From assembly GCA_963662285.2 (NCBI GenBank), contig CAXXMV010000004.1:1-64000 (forward strand): a DNA stretch of 64,000 bases. Reading direction: 5' to 3'. The notes beneath the pieces were generated by a model. It saw nothing but the letters and a program-made list of their open reading frames with translations, did no database searches and was not told the DNA's origin. The position numbers and the translations under genes are program-made. Shown one piece after another: positions 60,963-64,000 of the stretch; the stretch's first letter is position 1, and each line of letters opens with the position of its first letter. The DNA is from a bacterium. Its GTDB lineage: Bacteria; Hinthialibacterota; Hinthialibacteria; Hinthialibacterales; Hinthialibacteraceae.

Positions 60963-62759
60963 TTAATAAATCGCCCAATCGTTGACATCCATGTCAGAAG
61001 AGACGAATGGTCCGGCGTTGAAATTCTGTGATACTTCTTCCTCAGTTAGCGCTCTGCTGTATACAGCCACTAAATGGAACTGACCCAACCAGGCGCGTTC
61101 TGATGCGATTTCGTTGCCCAGACCAAATTTATAGGTATCGTCCCAGGTCGTAAAATCACCATTTACGAACTCGGTTGGAGAACTGCCTTCGAGGAGAATT
61201 TCCTGCCATACATTGTTGATATAGGCCGCCGCCATCCATTCGATTTCGCGCGTGAAGACGATGTGGGTCAATGCTTCGGTCAAAGTTCCCCGGTGGGTGT
61301 TGACCGAGACTACCTGGTTTGGATTAGATACATCCATCATGGCGCGGTATCGCATTTCAAAGCGGTCGCCTCCTGCGCTGTAGCGCCCTTGTCCCATAGT
61401 GAAATTCCGGTCTACAGAATCAATAGAACAGGTAATGATCCGGGCTGTGCCATTCTGGGTCAGGTCGGAAGTCTTGATCCAGGCTTCCACGGTAATCTCG
61501 TTCGACTCACGGCACGCTTCGATAATCTTGGTCGCTGTACCGGGGCTTTCAATGTGGTTGACGCCAGTGGTTTCCAGGTATCCGTTTTCCCAGACGGCCC
61601 GTGTTTCGTCCGCGATAATCAAATCGAGTGGTTCGCCGACTTCGGATACGTCATGAACCACGTTGCCGTTTCCTTCATCGAAGGTGTATAAAACCAACAA
61701 GCCGTCTGTGACCCGGTCGCCTCCGGTGATGTCCAGGAGTGGGATGGTTTTGGGTCCGAGAATATTGACGCTTTCCACGCAGACGCCGCTCCATAGGGCC
61801 AGATCGGCTGGTTCGGCGGGTGACGAGACCTGGTAAGTCAGGGTTGTTTCGCCGATGGGTAAATTGGAAAGATTCCAGGAAATAAGCGATCCGTTGGCTG
61901 TTCCGTTGTTGCTGATGTTGGAAATGGTCCAACCATCGGGAACAGTCTCTTGGATTGTGGCGGTCGAGCGATCGCTCCCGGCAACGAATACCTTGATGGT
62001 TACGTCGATTGAGTCGCCTTTTTTAAATGATTGTTGTGAAAGTATGCGTTGAGCCACAGGCGGCGGCGATACGAATTCGACATGGGTTGCTTCGACTTCG
62101 CCAATTTCTTCGTCATTGGCGCCACTGCCGACCGCGATGCCGAAGGCTGCTGTATCGGATGACCATTGTATGACCCGGTTATCAGCGATGAACCATTGTT
62201 CGCCGTCCGGTGAAAATTCGCCGAAGAAGACGTCGACAGGTTCGATACGCGTTACTCTGAACCAAAGGCCTTCGCCAGTGTCTTCGATGGGATTTCCTTC
62301 TGAATCGAACAGTTGGGTAGAGACGTTGCCGCCTGCGCCAATCCTGGTGCGGAACAGGGCGTTGACTGATTCGCCCACCACTCCACCGAACTGCACCGAG
62401 TAGAAGTTAGATTCTGAGTCAGCGCCGGATTCGCGGATCATCAGTGCGCAGGGTCCCCAGACCGGGTAGAGTTTGGCTTGCAGGGTCCAGCTGCCGGTTT
62501 TTTCGGTATACAGATAGTATCCCTCGTCGCCGAACATATTGTATTCATGCTCGACGCGTCCTCCGTAGGAGCCGTTGCCCAACACCCGGTAGAGGGCGTC
62601 ATCTCCGGCGCCTTCCAAATGCGCTTCACCATCTAAATGAGAGTCGTTTTCATTGATCCAATCCACTGCTTGATCAAACATCCCTACTTGGGCGTGAGCG
62701 GGAAAAGCGTTAAATCCGATAGACAACAAGAGGCTCAAAAAAATTATGGATCGTTTCAC
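60963..62759 (-). CDS. Secreted multidomain protein: ConA-like + Ig-like (DUF11-like) + LamG domains
   Basis: Signal peptide ending AHA-Q; ETVPDGWTISNIS; LYTFDEGNG...ITVEAWI...VAVYSRALTEEEVSQNF (LamG); GTG start after AAGGAG. Confidence 0.75.
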   Translation of the reverse strand: MKRSIIFLSLLLSIGFNAFPAHAQVGMFDQAVDWINENDSHLDGEAHLEGAGDDALYRVLGNGSYGGRVEHEYNMFGDEGYYLYTEKTGSWTLQAKLYPVWGPCALMIRESGADSESNFYSVQFGGVVGESVNALFRTRIGAGGNVSTQLFDSEGNPIEDTGEGLWFRVTRIEPVDVFFGEFSPDGEQWFIADNRVIQWSSDTAAFGIAVGSGANDEEIGEVEATHVEFVSPPPVAQRILSQQSFKKGDSIDVTIKVFVAGSDRSTATIQETVPDGWTISNISNNGTANGSLISWNLSNLPIGETTLTYQVSSPAEPADLALWSGVCVESVNILGPKTIPLLDITGGDRVTDGLLVLYTFDEGNGNVVHDVSEVGEPLDLIIADETRAVWENGYLETTGVNHIESPGTATKIIEACRESNEITVEAWIKTSDLTQNGTARIITCSIDSVDRNFTMGQGRYSAGGDRFEMRYRAMMDVSNPNQVVSVNTHRGTLTEALTHIVFTREIEWMAAAYINNVWQEILLEGSSPTEFVNGDFTTWDDTYKFGLGNEIASERAWLGQFHLVAVYSRALTEEEVSQNFNAGPFVSSDMDVNDWAIY

Positions 62760-62981
62760 TGATCTATCTCCTTCCGTGTTTATTCAAAACATGTTGTATG
62801 AATCTAAAAGTAGAATTTGCTGAATTTATAGTAACGTGGTTCTGAAGAGGAGATAAGATTACATGGTATTTTTTACATGCAATGAGTAAAATGTTTTATC
62901 ATGAAGTTAAGGATTGAGGAAGTTGAATTTTGTCTGGTAGTATCACCAGTTTTTTTTTGTCAGGGGGGGGGGCTGTAATTA

Positions 62982-63018
62982 CCCCTCACCCTAGCCCTCT
63001 CCCTGTGGGGAGAGGGGA
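62982..63018. repeat. CCCTCACCCTAGCCCTCTCCC..GGGAGAGGG palindromic repeat (family also at 1609-1642, 7303-7343, 23895, 53445 and others)
   Basis: Read directly; near-identical to the reverse complement of 1609-1642. Confidence 0.85.
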
Positions 63019-63075
63019 CTTGGTTGTTCGATATAATGAGTTGGTCAGAATAATATTACCAGATGAATACTATTA

Positions 63076-64000
63076 CTAGATATTGAGGATAGCCATGAAT
63101 GCTTCCTGGGGGATTTCGACGTTGCCTACGTTTTTCATGCGGCGTTTGCCTTCGCGTTGTTTTTCGAGCAATTTGCGTTTACGGGTGATGTCGCCGCCGT
63201 AGCATTTGGCGGTAACGTTTTTACGCAGCGCTTTAACGGTTTCCCTGGATATGATCTTGGCGCCGATGGAAGCCTGGATGGCGACATCGAATTGTTGCCG
63301 GGGAACCACTTTGCGTAGTTTTTCAGCCAACAATTTGCCTTTTTGGTAGGCTTTTTCTTTATGTACAATGATGGATAGGGCGTCGACTGGTTCGCCATTA
63401 AGCATCATATCGAGTTTTACCAGTGGTCCGGCTTTGTAGCAGGATAATTCATAATCGAATGAGGCGTAGCCGCGCGAGATGGATTTAAGTTTGTCGTAGA
63501 AATCCAGAATAACTTCGGAAAGAGGGTATTCATAACGCAAGATTACCCGGTCGATGCCGAGGTATTCCATGCCTTTATCGACTCCCCGGCGGTCAAGGGA
63601 TAGTTTCATGATTCCGCCGATGTAATCCGGATGGGTAATGATAGTAGCGTTGATGAATGGTTCGCGGATTTCGGCGATCAGATTAGTGGGAGGCAGTTCG
63701 GACGGGTTATCGACCCGAATTGTTTCGCCGGCGGTATTAACCACTTCATAAGAAACGTTGGGAGCGGTGGTGATAAGGGTAAGCCCGAATTCGCGTTCCA
63801 GGCGTTCCTGGGCGATTTCCATGTGTAGCATTCCCAAGAAGCCGCAGCGGAATCCGAAGCCTAAAGCAACGGAGGATTCCGGTTCGAAGTGGAAGGCGGA
63901 ATCGTTGAGGCGCAGTTTGTCGAGACTCTTGCGCAACTCTTCGTATTCGTTAGTGCTGATGGGATATAAGCCGCAGAAGACCATGCTTTGCGGTTCTTTG
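63076..64000 (-). CDS. lepA: Elongation factor 4 (LepA), C-terminal part (5' end outside the window)
   Basis: [22 protein letters not shown] and [25 protein letters not shown] motifs. Confidence 0.97.
   Translation of the reverse strand, partial: KEPQSMVFCGLYPISTNEYEELRKSLDKLRLNDSAFHFEPESSVALGFGFRCGFLGMLHMEIAQERLEREFGLTLITTAPNVSYEVVNTAGETIRVDNPSELPPTNLIAEIREPFINATIITHPDYIGGIMKLSLDRRGVDKGMEYLGIDRVILRYEYPLSEVILDFYDKLKSISRGYASFDYELSCYKAGPLVKLDMMLNGEPVDALSIIVHKEKAYQKGKLLAEKLRKVVPRQQFDVAIQASIGAKIISRETVKALRKNVTAKCYGGDITRKRKLLEKQREGKRRMKNVGNVEIPQEAFMAILNI

Overview
64 kb of bacterial chromosome, roughly 40-45% GC by eye. It carries core genes (nadB 5' part, panBCD, hslVU, mqnA/mqnC, serA, purM, lepA 3' part), a surface-polysaccharide cluster, a lone giant flagellin, a BMP-type ABC transporter flanked by two beta-propeller/Y_Y_Y sensor kinases, and several large secreted or membrane-anchored proteins. 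Two intact IS elements (IS481 family, ISKra4 family) have readable terminal repeats and target-site duplications. At least six families of short intergenic repeats are present. No rRNA, tRNA or CRISPR array was seen. Main leads: (1) a ~610-nt flagellin leader with two sigma28-like promoters and a tandemly duplicated, possibly structured element sharing a 36-nt core (35/36 identical); (2) a SEFIR/TIR-NB-ARC-TPR NLR-like gene with near-identical 126-bp repeats varying at a few positions, bracketed by composite direct repeats; (3) a shared C-terminal V-x-[DN]-W-x-[LI]-x tail on two secreted proteins that may be an undescribed sorting signal; (4) an IS481 inserted in the loop of a REP-like hairpin. 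All family assignments come from motif recognition by eye; no database search was run.
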